Made by a program: the position numbers and the translations under genes
The notes under the pieces: generated by a model
Seen by the model: only the letters and a program-made list of their open reading frames with translations
Told to the model about the DNA's origin: nothing
The model's database searches: none
In this document: piece by piece, positions 20,090-31,736 of the stretch
How positions within the stretch are numbered: position 1 is the first letter of the stretch
Layout: each line of letters begins with the position of its first letter
From: Anaeromyxobacteraceae bacterium
GTDB lineage: Bacteria > Myxococcota > Myxococcia > Myxococcales > Anaeromyxobacteraceae
NCBI GenBank assembly: GCA_047602405.1
Contig: JASGHJ010000002.1
Location: forward strand, 2,752,001 to 2,816,000
Direction of reading: 5' to 3'
DNA: 64,000 nt

Positions 20090-20878
20090 TCAGGCGTCCT
20101 CCTTCGCGTCCGGGCGAGGGCGCCGCGGCGGCGGGGACGCCGCGAGCACCCGCTCGGCGCGGGCGCGGGCCGCGGGGGTGTAGGCCGCCGGGTGACGGCG
20201 CACGAGCAGCGCCCGGAGCGAGGCGTCGTGGGCGAGGGCGGCGTTGCTGCGCGCCCCGCCCGCCCCGCCCTTCACGCGGTAGAAGGCGAGCGGCTCCGCG
20301 ACGTGCACCGCCCGCACCCCGCGCTCGGCGCAGGAGAGCCAGAAGTCCCAGTCCTCGTAGCCCGCCGTGAAGTCGTCCGAGAAGCCGCCCACCTCCTCCC
20401 AGAGCCGGCGGCGGAAGAGCGAGGTCACGACCAGCCGGTTCCGCTCGGCGAGGCTCGCGAGGTCGAACGGCCCCATGAGCGCGCGCCGCGCGGCGCCGCC
20501 GTCCTCGAAGAGGAGCACGTCGGTGAAGGCGACGCCCGCGCCGGGGTCGCGGTCGAGGGCGGCGACCGTCTTCTCGAGGAAGGTCCCGTGCAGGAGATCG
20601 TCCGCGTCGAGGGGCAGGACGAGCTCGCCCGAGGCCGCGGCGATGCCCGCGTCGAGCGCGCCCGGGGGCCCGCGGTTCTCCTGCTCCACGAGCCGCAAGG
20701 CCTTGCCCGGGTGCGCGGCGGCGAGGGCGCGGAACGCGCCGGAGGTGTCGTCCGGGCTGCCGTCGTTCACGACGACGCACTCCCAGTCGGGATACGTCTG
20801 CCGCACGACCGAGCCCACCGCCAGCGGCAGGAGCGCGGCGTGGCCGTAGCAGCGGACGACGACCGAGACGCGCGGCAC
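20090..20878 (-). CDS. Glycosyltransferase family 2
   Basis: VSVVVRCY, VVNDGSPDDT, LPLDADD, YEDWDFWL. Confidence 0.9.
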   Translation of the reverse strand: MPRVSVVVRCYGHAALLPLAVGSVVRQTYPDWECVVVNDGSPDDTSGAFRALAAAHPGKALRLVEQENRGPPGALDAGIAAASGELVLPLDADDLLHGTFLEKTVAALDRDPGAGVAFTDVLLFEDGGAARRALMGPFDLASLAERNRLVVTSLFRRRLWEEVGGFSDDFTAGYEDWDFWLSCAERGVRAVHVAEPLAFYRVKGGAGGARSNAALAHDASLRALLVRRHPAAYTPAARARAERVLAASPPPRRPRPDAKEDA

Positions 20879-20880
20879 GC

Positions 20881-22194
20881 TCAGGTCCCCTCCCCGCGCG
20901 CGGCGGCCGCGGCGGCCTTGCCCGCGAGGAAGCCGGTGAGGAGCGCGACGCCGAGGCCGGTGCCGTCGGTCGCCTGCTCGTGGCCGCCGAGCACGGCGCC
21001 CGCCGCGAAGAGCCGCGGGTGCACGGGGCGGCCCTGCCCGTCGAGGGGCCGGAGCCGCGCGTCGGCGCGGAGCCCGGCCGAGAGGAGCGGCTGCGGCGCG
21101 CGGCGGTCGCGCAGCGTGAGCGGCTGCGCCGGGCGGTCGGCGAGGTGGACCCCGGCCTCGCGGCCCTCCGCCGCCTGCACCGGGAGCCCCAGCGCGGGCT
21201 CGACCAGCCGTCCCCGCCGCGCGATGCCGCCGCCCACGAACCGGCCGGTGGCGAGGACCCACGCGCGCGCCTCGAGCGTGGCGCCCGCGACGGCGAGCGG
21301 CGCGTCGGGCGTCGTCCCGGCGGCGCTCCCGGTCACGACCTCGACGCCCGCGGCGGCGAGGCGGGCCTCGAGGGCCGCCTGCAGCCGGAGCCCGGGCACG
21401 CTCGGGACGTCCGAGAGCGTCTCCGCGACCGGCAGGCCCGCCGCGCGGGCGACCCGCTCGTGGACCGCGCCGCCAGGCTCGAGCCCCTGCAGCTGGAGAC
21501 CCAGCACCGGCGGGAGGAGCGCCACGGCGGTGCCCGGCGGCAGGGCCGCGCGGAGCCGCTCCCCGAGCGCCTCGGCCGCGCCGGGCGCGTCGAGGGCGCG
21601 GGCGAGCTCGTGCGGGCGCGCCGCCTCGAGCCCGGCCCCGGGGAGGTCCACCTCGAGGGAGCGCACCTCCGGGCCGCCCCGGGCCCGGTAGCGGGCGAGC
21701 CCCGCCGCGACGAGCGCGGCGTCGAAGAGGAGGTGCCCGCGGAAGCCGACCACCGCGACCGGACCCCGCGCCGCGAGGAGGTCGCCCGCCTCCATCGTGC
21801 GCTGGCAGGTCGCCACGGCGGCGGCGGTGCCGAACGGCGTGGCCAGGAAGCGCGGCCGGTCGAGGGGCGGCGCGAGCACCGCCGCGAGCTCGCGGGCCGT
21901 GAACTCGAGGGCCTCCGGGAGGCGGTCGAGCCCGGCGCCGACCGCGGCGTACGGGTGGTCGGGGCGCTGCGCGGCGAGCCGGCGCGCGGCGTCGACCGGG
22001 CCCCGCCGCCACGAGAGCGGATTGCCGGGGGCGGCGGTGAGGTCGGGGGCGACGCCGATCGCGCCGGAGGAGAGCGCGGTCGCGCCCGGGGAGCGGCGCA
22101 CGAGCACCGCCGAGGCGCCCGCCTCGCGCGCGGCGAGCGCGGCGATGGCCCCGGCGAGGCCGCCCCCGACGACGAGGACGTCCGCGCGCTTCAC
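20881..22194 (-). CDS. glpB: Anaerobic glycerol-3-phosphate dehydrogenase subunit B-like FAD protein
   Basis: DVLVVGGGLAG, GATALSSG, PSVPGLRL, LATGRFVGGGI, FAAGAVLGG, GTGLGVALLTG; GTGA overlap with glpA. Confidence 0.85.
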   Translation of the reverse strand: MKRADVLVVGGGLAGAIAALAAREAGASAVLVRRSPGATALSSGAIGVAPDLTAAPGNPLSWRRGPVDAARRLAAQRPDHPYAAVGAGLDRLPEALEFTARELAAVLAPPLDRPRFLATPFGTAAAVATCQRTMEAGDLLAARGPVAVVGFRGHLLFDAALVAAGLARYRARGGPEVRSLEVDLPGAGLEAARPHELARALDAPGAAEALGERLRAALPPGTAVALLPPVLGLQLQGLEPGGAVHERVARAAGLPVAETLSDVPSVPGLRLQAALEARLAAAGVEVVTGSAAGTTPDAPLAVAGATLEARAWVLATGRFVGGGIARRGRLVEPALGLPVQAAEGREAGVHLADRPAQPLTLRDRRAPQPLLSAGLRADARLRPLDGQGRPVHPRLFAAGAVLGGHEQATDGTGLGVALLTGFLAGKAAAAAARGEGT

Positions 22195-23834
22195 CACGGC
22201 AGCTCCGCCGCGCCGTGGGCGCCGCGCAGGAGCTCCTCCTGCGCGAGCTGGGCCCCGTCGAGCACCGGCCGGCGCTCGCGCCAGCCCTGGTCGAGGAGGT
22301 CCGCGAGCTCCGCCCTGACCTGCTCGGCGCTCCAGCCGAGCTCGCGCCCGGCGAGCTGCGCGGCCGGCCGCGCGCAGTCGAGCCCGCCGCAGGCGCCCAC
22401 CGCGACGCGGCAGCGCCGGCGGAGGTCCTGGAGCCGGCGCACCTGCTCGTGCCGGACGCAGTACACGACCTCCGCCGCCAGGATTGCCTCGTCGCGGCAG
22501 AGCACGAGCCCGAGCCGGGGATCGTCCTTCGCGAGCGCGAGCACGTCGCGCGCGCGGCTGCCGTGGCGGTACGCGAGCCGGGCGGCGACCGGGGCGGCCA
22601 CGCCGAACTCGCGCGCGAGGTCCCGGGCCGCGGGCACGGCGTCGCCGCCGGGGAGCGCCTGCACGTGCGTGCGGCACGCGACGGGCGCCCTGCCGAGGAC
22701 CTGCAGGATCCGGTCGGTCGCCTCCTGTGCCTGGGCCCGGTAGCTCGCGAGCTTCCCGCCCACGAACGAGAGGAGCCCGCCCGCGCCCTCCCCGCCGTGC
22801 TCGAGGAGCTGGTGCTCGCGGGAGAGCGCGTCCTCGCTCGGGCCGTACGCGAAGATCGTCGTCCGCAGCCCGCACCAGGCGCGGGTGACGCGCGCGCCGC
22901 GGACGCCCGGCACGAGCGACGCCGCGCCCTCGAGCAGGTACTCGACCTCGTCGTTGGTGGCCTCGAGGTCGTCGGGATCGCCGTAGTAGTCGTCGTCGGT
23001 GGTGCCGATGATCGACTCGTTCTCGTGCGGCATGAGGAACATCTGCCGCCCGTCCACGGCCGAGAGGATGATGCCGTAGTGCGACCAGCGGCGGTCGAGG
23101 GTGAGGTGCACGCCCTTCCCCGGCCGCATCGGCACCTTCACCCGGTTCTTGCCCGCGAAGCGGGGCGACCAGGCGCCGGTGGCGTTGAAGACCGCCGGGG
23201 CGTGCACCACCGACTCCTCTCCGGTGAGCCGGTCGCGGATCCGCACGCCCGTGACGCGGCCGCCCTCGGTGAGGAGGTCGCGCGCCTCGGTCCAGGTGCG
23301 GACGTCGGCGCCGTGCGCGCGGGCGTCGAGCGCGTTCGCGACGCACAGGCGGAAGGCGTCGATGCCCCACTCGTCGAGCGTGACGGCGCCCGCGAGCCCG
23401 GGCCGGAGCGCGGGCTCGAGTCGGTACAGCTCCTCGGCGGTGACGCGCGTCGAGGGCTTCCCGCGCTTGAGCGGCTGGAACTGGTCGTAGGTGCCGACGT
23501 ACACCTCGGTCGCGTACCAGGCCGCCCGCTCGTACAGCGTCGCCGCCTCTCCCCTCGACGCGAACGGCATGAGGAACGGGATCCTGAAGAGGAGATGCGG
23601 CGCGATCCGCTGGATGTAGCCGGAGTCCTGGCAGGCGAGCGCGGTGACCGCGCGGCCGGAGAGCATGTAGCGAATGCCGCCGTGGATCATCCCCGACGAG
23701 TTGCCGGTGGCGCCCACGCCGAAGTCGGCCCGCTCGACGAGCAGCACCGAGAGCCCCCGGAGGGCGCAGTCGCGCGCCACGCCCGCCCCGTTGGCGCCGC
23801 CCCCGAGGACGATGACGTCGAAGTGATCCCGCAC
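22191..23834 (-). CDS. glpA: FAD-dependent glycerol-3-phosphate dehydrogenase subunit A
   Basis: GGGANGAGVARD, GATGNSSGMIHGGIRY, NATGAW, GTTDD, GGKLASYR; C-terminal BFD-like RRRCRVAVGACGGLDC. Confidence 0.9.
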   Translation of the reverse strand: MRDHFDVIVLGGGANGAGVARDCALRGLSVLLVERADFGVGATGNSSGMIHGGIRYMLSGRAVTALACQDSGYIQRIAPHLLFRIPFLMPFASRGEAATLYERAAWYATEVYVGTYDQFQPLKRGKPSTRVTAEELYRLEPALRPGLAGAVTLDEWGIDAFRLCVANALDARAHGADVRTWTEARDLLTEGGRVTGVRIRDRLTGEESVVHAPAVFNATGAWSPRFAGKNRVKVPMRPGKGVHLTLDRRWSHYGIILSAVDGRQMFLMPHENESIIGTTDDDYYGDPDDLEATNDEVEYLLEGAASLVPGVRGARVTRAWCGLRTTIFAYGPSEDALSREHQLLEHGGEGAGGLLSFVGGKLASYRAQAQEATDRILQVLGRAPVACRTHVQALPGGDAVPAARDLAREFGVAAPVAARLAYRHGSRARDVLALAKDDPRLGLVLCRDEAILAAEVVYCVRHEQVRRLQDLRRRCRVAVGACGGLDCARPAAQLAGRELGWSAEQVRAELADLLDQGWRERRPVLDGAQLAQEELLRGAHGAAELPW

Positions 23835-23885
23835 GGCCCAGGAGTCTACCTTCGAGCCGTCCCGGAGGGCGGTATCATCGGTGCC

Positions 23886-24623
23886 ATGCCACCCTCCGCC
23901 TGGCGTGCTGCGCTCCTCTGCGCAGCCCTGACCCTCCCCGCCGCGGCGCGCGCGACCGGCGCCCTCATGCCCGCGGGGCCGGTCGCGATCCCCCGGGACC
24001 TCGTGTCCCCCGACGAGCCCGCGGACCGCGGCTTCAGGGTGTTCGCGCTCGGCGGGATTGGCGACACGCGGGAGGACCTCTCCGAGCTGCCCATCCGGCT
24101 CACCGCGGGCGGCCTCGAGCTCGGCTTCGTGAAGCGGCTCTCCGACAACCTCTTCGTGTCGCTCGCCCTGGGCGGCCAGGCCTTCGGCTCGGTGGACCCG
24201 GATCCGGACCCCGACACCGCCCGCCCGCGGGCCCTCGGGGCCGGGCCGTTCGCCCAGGCCGCCGCCACGTGGCGGGTGGTCGAGGGCTTCGACGAGGAGC
24301 CCTTCGTGACCGCGACCTTCGGCATGAGCCTCCTCCGCGGGAGGAGCTCCGAGGGCGGCCGGCTCGACGTGACCGACCTCTCCCTCGGCGTCGCCGTGGG
24401 GCGGGCCTTCGACGAGCGCTGGGCGCCGTACGTCGCCGCGAAGGTCTTCGCCGGGCCGTCGAGCTGGCGCTGGGAGGACAAGCGACTCCACGGCCACGAC
24501 GCGAACCGCTGGTCGGCCAGCCTCGGGGTCGTGGCGACGCTCACGAAGACGCTCGACCTGCAGGTGGAGCTCGCCCCGGTGGGCGCCCGGGGCTTGACCA
24601 CGACGGTCGGCTGGACGTTCTGA
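23886..24623 (+). CDS. Putative outer-membrane beta-barrel protein
   Basis: Signal peptide, amphipathic strands, C-terminal VGWTF; TATCAT 7 nt upstream (leaderless). Confidence 0.65.
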   Translation: MPPSAWRAALLCAALTLPAAARATGALMPAGPVAIPRDLVSPDEPADRGFRVFALGGIGDTREDLSELPIRLTAGGLELGFVKRLSDNLFVSLALGGQAFGSVDPDPDPDTARPRALGAGPFAQAAATWRVVEGFDEEPFVTATFGMSLLRGRSSEGGRLDVTDLSLGVAVGRAFDERWAPYVAAKVFAGPSSWRWEDKRLHGHDANRWSASLGVVATLTKTLDLQVELAPVGARGLTTTVGWTF

Positions 24624-24693
24624 CGGGCGCCGCGGCGGCTCCCCGGACGGGGGTGTAACGGCTCGACGCCTCCCGGGACGTTAAGAGTCGACC

Positions 24694-25344
24694 ATGTTCG
24701 CAAAGCCCTCGTCGATCCCCACGGCCGCGGAGGCCCTCCCCGGCCGCCCCGAGCCCCTCCCCGTCCCCGAGACGCACTTCGTGAACGGGAACCGCATCGT
24801 CCCCCCGTTCCCCGCCGGCCTCGAGCTCGCCGACTTCGGCCTCGGCTGCTTCTGGGGCGCGGAGAAGGCCTTCTGGAAGCTGCCCGGCGTGTACGCCACG
24901 GCCGTCGGCTACCAGGGCGGCCACACGCCCAACCCGACCTACAAGGAGGTCTGCACCGGCCGCACCGGCCACGCCGAGGTCGTGCGCGTGATCTTCGACC
25001 CGCGGAAGACCTCCTACGAGCGCCTGCTGAAGGCGTTCTGGGAGGCGCACGACCCGACCCAGGGCATGCGCCAGGGCAACGACGCCGGCACGCAGTACCG
25101 CTCCGCCGTGTACTTCCACTCCGACGCCCAGCGCCGGGCCGCCGAGGCGACGCGCGAGGTCTACGCCGCCGCCCTCTCGGCCCGCGGCTTCGGCCCGATC
25201 ACGACCGAGCTGCGCGAGGCGCCGCCGTTCTACTACGCGGAGGACTACCATCAGCAGTACCTCGCGAAGAACCCGGACGGCTACTGCGGCCACGGCGGCA
25301 CGGGCGTGAGCTGCCAGCTCGGGACGGGGGTCGCGGCGGGGTAG
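24694..25344 (+). CDS. msrA: Peptide methionine sulfoxide reductase A
   Basis: [42 protein letters not shown]. Confidence 0.97.
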   Translation: MFAKPSSIPTAAEALPGRPEPLPVPETHFVNGNRIVPPFPAGLELADFGLGCFWGAEKAFWKLPGVYATAVGYQGGHTPNPTYKEVCTGRTGHAEVVRVIFDPRKTSYERLLKAFWEAHDPTQGMRQGNDAGTQYRSAVYFHSDAQRRAAEATREVYAAALSARGFGPITTELREAPPFYYAEDYHQQYLAKNPDGYCGHGGTGVSCQLGTGVAAG

Positions 25345-25475
25345 CGAGGGTGGTCGCGGGGCGGTCGAGGGGCGAGCGTCGCCCGGCCACCGTGCCCGCC
25401 ACTCACACCCACACCGGCGCCTGTCGCCGGTAGGCCGCACCGTGAATGGCCCGCGGGCGGGCCCGTCCAAGAGGC

Positions 25476-25889
25476 ATGACGCCCGCCGACCGGAACCCGA
25501 GAGCCCTCCTCCTCGCGAAGGACCACGAGACGCTCTACCCGCTCGTCACGGGCCTCGAGCGGCGCGGGTTCGAGGTCCTCGCGGCCACCGACGGCGCGCG
25601 CGGCGTCGAGCTCCTCCTCGACAACCTCCTCTCGCTCGACGTGGTCGTGGCCGACCTCGACCTCCCCGGCCGCGGCGCCGCCGCGCTGCTCGACCTCGTC
25701 CGGGTGGCCGGCGGCGAGCACGAGCTCGCGGTGGTCGTCCGCGCCGAGGGGCTGTCCGCCCGGGACCGCGACGCCCTGCGCGCGCTCGGCGCGGACGCGG
25801 TGGTCAGCGCCGCCGACGACGCGGACCACGTCGCGGCGCTCGCGGAGGAGGCTGCCGGCGCGGGGGCGCCGTTCGCGCTCGCCGCCTGA
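25476..25889 (+). CDS. Single-domain atypical response regulator receiver
   Basis: GFEVLAATDGARG, DVVVADLDLPG, LGADAVV; lacks the conserved Thr/Ser and Lys. Confidence 0.7.
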   Translation: MTPADRNPRALLLAKDHETLYPLVTGLERRGFEVLAATDGARGVELLLDNLLSLDVVVADLDLPGRGAAALLDLVRVAGGEHELAVVVRAEGLSARDRDALRALGADAVVSAADDADHVAALAEEAAGAGAPFALAA

Positions 25890-25890
25890 G

Positions 25891-25930
25891 ACAAGTTGTA
25901 TGCTTACGGCATACAACTATGTCCGGACAT
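25891..25930. repeat. AT-rich inverted repeats between convergent genes
   Basis: AGTTGTATGC-TTACG-GCATACAACT, immediately followed by the 12-bp palindrome ATGTCCGGACAT. Confidence 0.7.
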
Positions 25931-25965
25931 GGTAACGGAAGGGGCCTGCGGCTCCATGTCGCCGC

Positions 25966-27324
25966 TCACTTCCCCGTGAGCACCAGCGCCTTCCCGTCGC
26001 GCACGACCTCGACGCGGGCGCCCGGCTTCGTCAGCGCCTTCGGGAGCTCGCCCATGAGCTTTCCGGGCGCGGCGCCGTCGATCGCGGTGATCCGGTCGCC
26101 CTTCACGAGCCCGAGCGCCTCGCCGGCGCTGCCGGGCGCGACGTGCTCGACGACGCCGTCCCCGCCCGGCTCCACCCGGAGCGCCACGCCGAGGCGCGGG
26201 CCTGCGCCTCCGGGGCCGCTGCCCAGCGGCGGCCGCGGCGGGCCGGCCTGGATCGGCCGCGCGTCCGGCGCGTAGGCGGCGCGGACGGCCTCGGCGAGCC
26301 CCTCCACGAACTCGCCGCTGAAGCCGCCGTTCGTGAGCACGACGATCGCGAGGTCCTTCGCCGGCCAGGTCGCGAGGCCGGCCGTGAACGAGCCCTCGCT
26401 CCCGAGCGCGACGCCGCCCTCCTCCGGCCTCCCGCCCCCGCCCTTCAGCCCCGCGAGCTCCGCGACCGCCTTCTCGCCGAGGTACGTCGTCGCGCGGCCG
26501 GCCTCCGCCGCGACCTCGACCGCGGCGAAGGCGGCGAAGTCCGCGAGCGTCAGGTTCGCGGCGCCCGCGGGCGCGAGCACGCCGGACACGGGCGGCACGC
26601 GCGGGTTCGGGAGGTAGCCGTCCGGCGTCCGCGCGTGGCCCACGGCGCTCGGGCCGAGGCCGAGCTCCTCGGTGCGGCCGAGCCGAGCGTCCTTCATGCC
26701 GAGCGGGGCGAACACCTCGTCCGCGACGAGCGCCTCCCAGGGCCTCCCGCCCACCCGCTCCGCGACCACGCCGAGCAGTGCGTAGCCGGCGTTCGAGTAG
26801 AGGAACCTCCCGCGCTCGCCGGCGGGCGGCTCCATGAGCAGCTTCCCGACGAACTCGGCGCGGCGCTCGACCGGCGTCTTGCCCTTCAGCTCGAAGAACC
26901 CCGGCGTCTTCACCGGCGTGATCTCGGTGTACGGCTGCAGGCCCGCGGTGTGCCGGAGCACGTCCCGCAGGCTCGCCTCGCGGTAGGCGGCCTGCATCGG
27001 CACGTCCGGCAGGACCTCGGCGAGCGTCTTCCCGAGGTCCACCTTCCCGGCCTGCGCGAGGCGCAGGAGGAGCATCCGGGTCATCGGCTTCGTGCAGGAG
27101 CCGACGAGGAACCGGTCGGCCTCGGTGACCCGGTCCGCCTTCCCGGCCTCGCGAACGCCGCGGGTGCTCGAGGCGACGACCTTGCCGCCCTGCACGACCG
27201 CCACCTCGGCGGCGGGCATCTTCGAGCCCGAGAGCGCGGCGTCCAGGAGGGCGTCCAGGCGGGGGTCCGCCTTCGGCGGTGAGCCGGCGGCGGCGAGCGT
27301 GAGGAGGAGCGCGGTGACGAGCAT
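25966..27324 (-). CDS. Secreted serine hydrolase (beta-lactamase class C-like) with C-terminal PDZ domain
   Basis: FLVGSCTK (SxxK), HTAGL, YSNAGY; C-terminal VAPGSAGEALGLVKGDRITAIDG. Confidence 0.88.
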   Translation of the reverse strand: MLVTALLLTLAAAGSPPKADPRLDALLDAALSGSKMPAAEVAVVQGGKVVASSTRGVREAGKADRVTEADRFLVGSCTKPMTRMLLLRLAQAGKVDLGKTLAEVLPDVPMQAAYREASLRDVLRHTAGLQPYTEITPVKTPGFFELKGKTPVERRAEFVGKLLMEPPAGERGRFLYSNAGYALLGVVAERVGGRPWEALVADEVFAPLGMKDARLGRTEELGLGPSAVGHARTPDGYLPNPRVPPVSGVLAPAGAANLTLADFAAFAAVEVAAEAGRATTYLGEKAVAELAGLKGGGGRPEEGGVALGSEGSFTAGLATWPAKDLAIVVLTNGGFSGEFVEGLAEAVRAAYAPDARPIQAGPPRPPLGSGPGGAGPRLGVALRVEPGGDGVVEHVAPGSAGEALGLVKGDRITAIDGAAPGKLMGELPKALTKPGARVEVVRDGKALVLTGK

Positions 27325-27488
27325 CGGGACCTCGGGGGCGACGGTGAGTCCGGGAGAGGCGTTCGATCCTCGGGTCCCGACCCCGGCGCGCCCCGGAGGT
27401 TAGCCGGACGCCCCTTCCGTGCCGCGGCGCCCGCCAAGCGTCACGAACGCCCCGCGGACATCTCACGGATCCGAGGAGGAGCCTCGAG

Positions 27489-27872
27489 ATGCCCCGTCCC
27501 GTCCACTTCGAGATCCACGCCGCCGACCCCGCCCGCGCCATCGCCTTCTACGAGGCGCTCTTCGGCTGGGTGTTCCAGCCCTACGGCGGCAGCGACGTCG
27601 CCTACTGGCTCGTCCGCACCGGCGAGGGACCGGGCATCGACGGCGGGCTCCTGCCGCGCGCGGGCCCGGCGCCCGAGCCGCGCGCGGCGGTGAACGCGTT
27701 CGTGTGCACGGTGGGCGTCGACGACCTCGACGCGGCGCTCGCGAAGGCGGAGCGGCTCGGCGCGCGGCAGGTCGTGCCGCGCACCGCGATCGGGGACATC
27801 GGCTGGTCGGCGTACGTGAAGGACCCCGAGGGGAACCTCCTCGGGCTGTTCCAGTCGGCGACGCCGGGCTGA
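27489..27872 (+). CDS. VOC/glyoxalase family protein
   Basis: PVHFEIHA, FYEALFGW, GIDGGLL, DPEGNLLGL; GAGGAGG RBS. Confidence 0.9.
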   Translation: MPRPVHFEIHAADPARAIAFYEALFGWVFQPYGGSDVAYWLVRTGEGPGIDGGLLPRAGPAPEPRAAVNAFVCTVGVDDLDAALAKAERLGARQVVPRTAIGDIGWSAYVKDPEGNLLGLFQSATPG

Positions 27873-27875
27873 CCG

Positions 27876-29687
<1,812 letters not shown>

Positions 29688-29807
29688 GGTTGTTGGCCTT
29701 TCGTCCGGATACAGGCGTGAAGGGGCAGATCACACCATGCAGCGCGCAGCGTCAAGGCGAAGGCGCCCCACCCGGGATCGGCACACCGACGGCGCCCGGG
29801 ACGGCGC

Positions 29808-31571
29808 TCAGCCCGGCTCGATGGCCCGGAGGTCCTTCAGCCGGAGCTGGAGCCGGCGGGTGCCGTCCCACTCGTCGAACCCGACCGTGAAGGCGGCCTC
29901 CACCGGGCCCCCGCCGCCGCACAGGGAGAGCCGGTCGCCGAGCCCGAACCCGATGGCGTCGAGGCCGCGGCCGAACGCGAGCTTCAGGTGCGCCCCGCCC
30001 GCCCCCACCGGCCGGACGCGCTCGGGGGCGCCGCGCATGGCGAACACCGGCTCCGGGTTGCCGGCGCCGTAGGGCGCGAGCCGGTCGAGGTCCTCGGCGG
30101 CCTTCTCGGTGACGAGCGGCGCCTCCACCCAGCCGTCGATGCGGGTGCGGGGCACGAGGTCGTCCGGGCCGAGCCGCTCCATCGCGTGGGCCTCGAAGGC
30201 CGCCCGGAAGCCCTCGAGGGCGTCGCGCGCGACGGTGACGCCGGCCGCGTGCCTGTGGCCGCCGAACCGGACGAGGTGCGAGGCGCAGGCGGCGAGGGCG
30301 TCGTAGAGGTGGAACCGCTCGATGGAGCGGCCGCTGCCCTTCCCCACCCCGGCTGCCTTCGCGCCGGCCGGATCGGCGCCGCCCTCCATCGCGACGAGCA
30401 CCGCCGGACGGTGGAAGCGCTCGACGATGCGCGAGGCGACGATGCCGACCACCCCGGCGTGCCAGCCGTCGCGGGCGAGCACGAGGCCGCGGGCCCCGGC
30501 CTTCACGCGCTCGCGGGCGTCGGCGGTCGCCTCGTCGAGGATGCGCCGCTCGATCTCCTGGCGCGCCTGGTTCTCGCGGTCGAGCTCCTCCGCGAGGGCC
30601 TGCGCGCGGACGGGGTCGGTCTCGAGCAGGAGGCGCACGCCCCGGCCGGCGTCGTCGAGCCGGCCCGCCGCGTTGATGCGCGGGGCGAGCCGGAAGCCCA
30701 CCTGGCCCGCCGAGACCGGCTGGCCGTCGGCGACCCCCGCCACGCGCTTCAGCGCCTTCAGGCCCGGCCGGCGGGTGGTCGCGAGGACCTCGAGGCCGGC
30801 CCGGACGAGGAGCCGGTTCGCGCCGGTGAGGTGGACCACGTCGGCCACCGTGCCGAGCGCGACGAGGTCGAGCGCCTCCTTGAGGTTCGGCTCCGGGCGG
30901 GTCGCGCCGAAGCGCCCCGCCTCGCGCAGACGTCTGCGCAGCGCCATCACGAGCGCGAAGGTGACGCCCACCGCGGCGAGGTCCTTCGTGGGGTAATCGC
31001 AGCCGGGCTGGTGCGGGTTCAGGATCGCCGCCGCCGCGGGCAGCTCCACCGGGACGGTGTGGTGATCGACCACGACGGTGTCGAGCCCGAGCGCCGCCGC
31101 CGCCTTCACCTCGGCCGAGGCGGTGATGCCGCAGTCGAGCGTCACGAGGAGCTTCACGCCCTGGGCCGCGAGCTTCGCGACGGCGTCGCCGTTCAGCCCG
31201 TAGCCCTCGACGAGCCGGTGCGGGACGTAGGTGACGACGTCGCCGCCCGCCGCCCGCAGGAACCCGGCGAGCAGCGTGGTGGAGGTCACGCCGTCCACGT
31301 CGTAGTCGCCGTAGCAGGCGATGCGCTCGCCGGCCTGCAGCGCCCGGGCGACGCGGGCCACCGCGCCGTCCATGCCCTTCATGGTGAAGGGGTCGGGCAG
31401 GTCCTGGAGGCGCGCCGCGATGAACGCCTCGGCCGCGGCCGGGTCGGCGAACCCGCGGGCCGCGAGGACCCGCGCCGCGAGGGGGTGCAGCCTCAGCGCC
31501 CCGGCGAGTCGCTCGGCGGCCCCGCCGTCGACCGCCGTCTCGACCCACCGCCGCCTCGCCGCGCCGTCCAC
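29808..31571 (-). CDS. recJ: ssDNA-specific exonuclease RecJ
   Basis: GDYDVDGVTS, EGYGL, DCG, DHH, PRINAAGR, GSGRS, FGGHRHAAG. Confidence 0.96.
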   Translation of the reverse strand: MDGAARRRWVETAVDGGAAERLAGALRLHPLAARVLAARGFADPAAAEAFIAARLQDLPDPFTMKGMDGAVARVARALQAGERIACYGDYDVDGVTSTTLLAGFLRAAGGDVVTYVPHRLVEGYGLNGDAVAKLAAQGVKLLVTLDCGITASAEVKAAAALGLDTVVVDHHTVPVELPAAAAILNPHQPGCDYPTKDLAAVGVTFALVMALRRRLREAGRFGATRPEPNLKEALDLVALGTVADVVHLTGANRLLVRAGLEVLATTRRPGLKALKRVAGVADGQPVSAGQVGFRLAPRINAAGRLDDAGRGVRLLLETDPVRAQALAEELDRENQARQEIERRILDEATADARERVKAGARGLVLARDGWHAGVVGIVASRIVERFHRPAVLVAMEGGADPAGAKAAGVGKGSGRSIERFHLYDALAACASHLVRFGGHRHAAGVTVARDALEGFRAAFEAHAMERLGPDDLVPRTRIDGWVEAPLVTEKAAEDLDRLAPYGAGNPEPVFAMRGAPERVRPVGAGGAHLKLAFGRGLDAIGFGLGDRLSLCGGGGPVEAAFTVGFDEWDGTRRLQLRLKDLRAIEPG

Positions 31572-31736
31572 GAGGGGTCAGGTAGCACGGCCTCCTGACA
31601 GGGGGAGCCGGGCCGCCGCCCGCGGGCGGGGCCGGCGAGGGGGGCTGCGCCCGCCGGGGACCCCGCCCGGAAGTTCCCTCCCGCCCCGTCCGGCGCTAGC
31701 CTTCGCCCGGCCTTCCACCCCGACCGGAGGACTCCC

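Noticed and set aside
25894..25925. Possible dif site
   Set aside because: CATA..TATG spacing does not fit the 11-6-11 XerCD layout.
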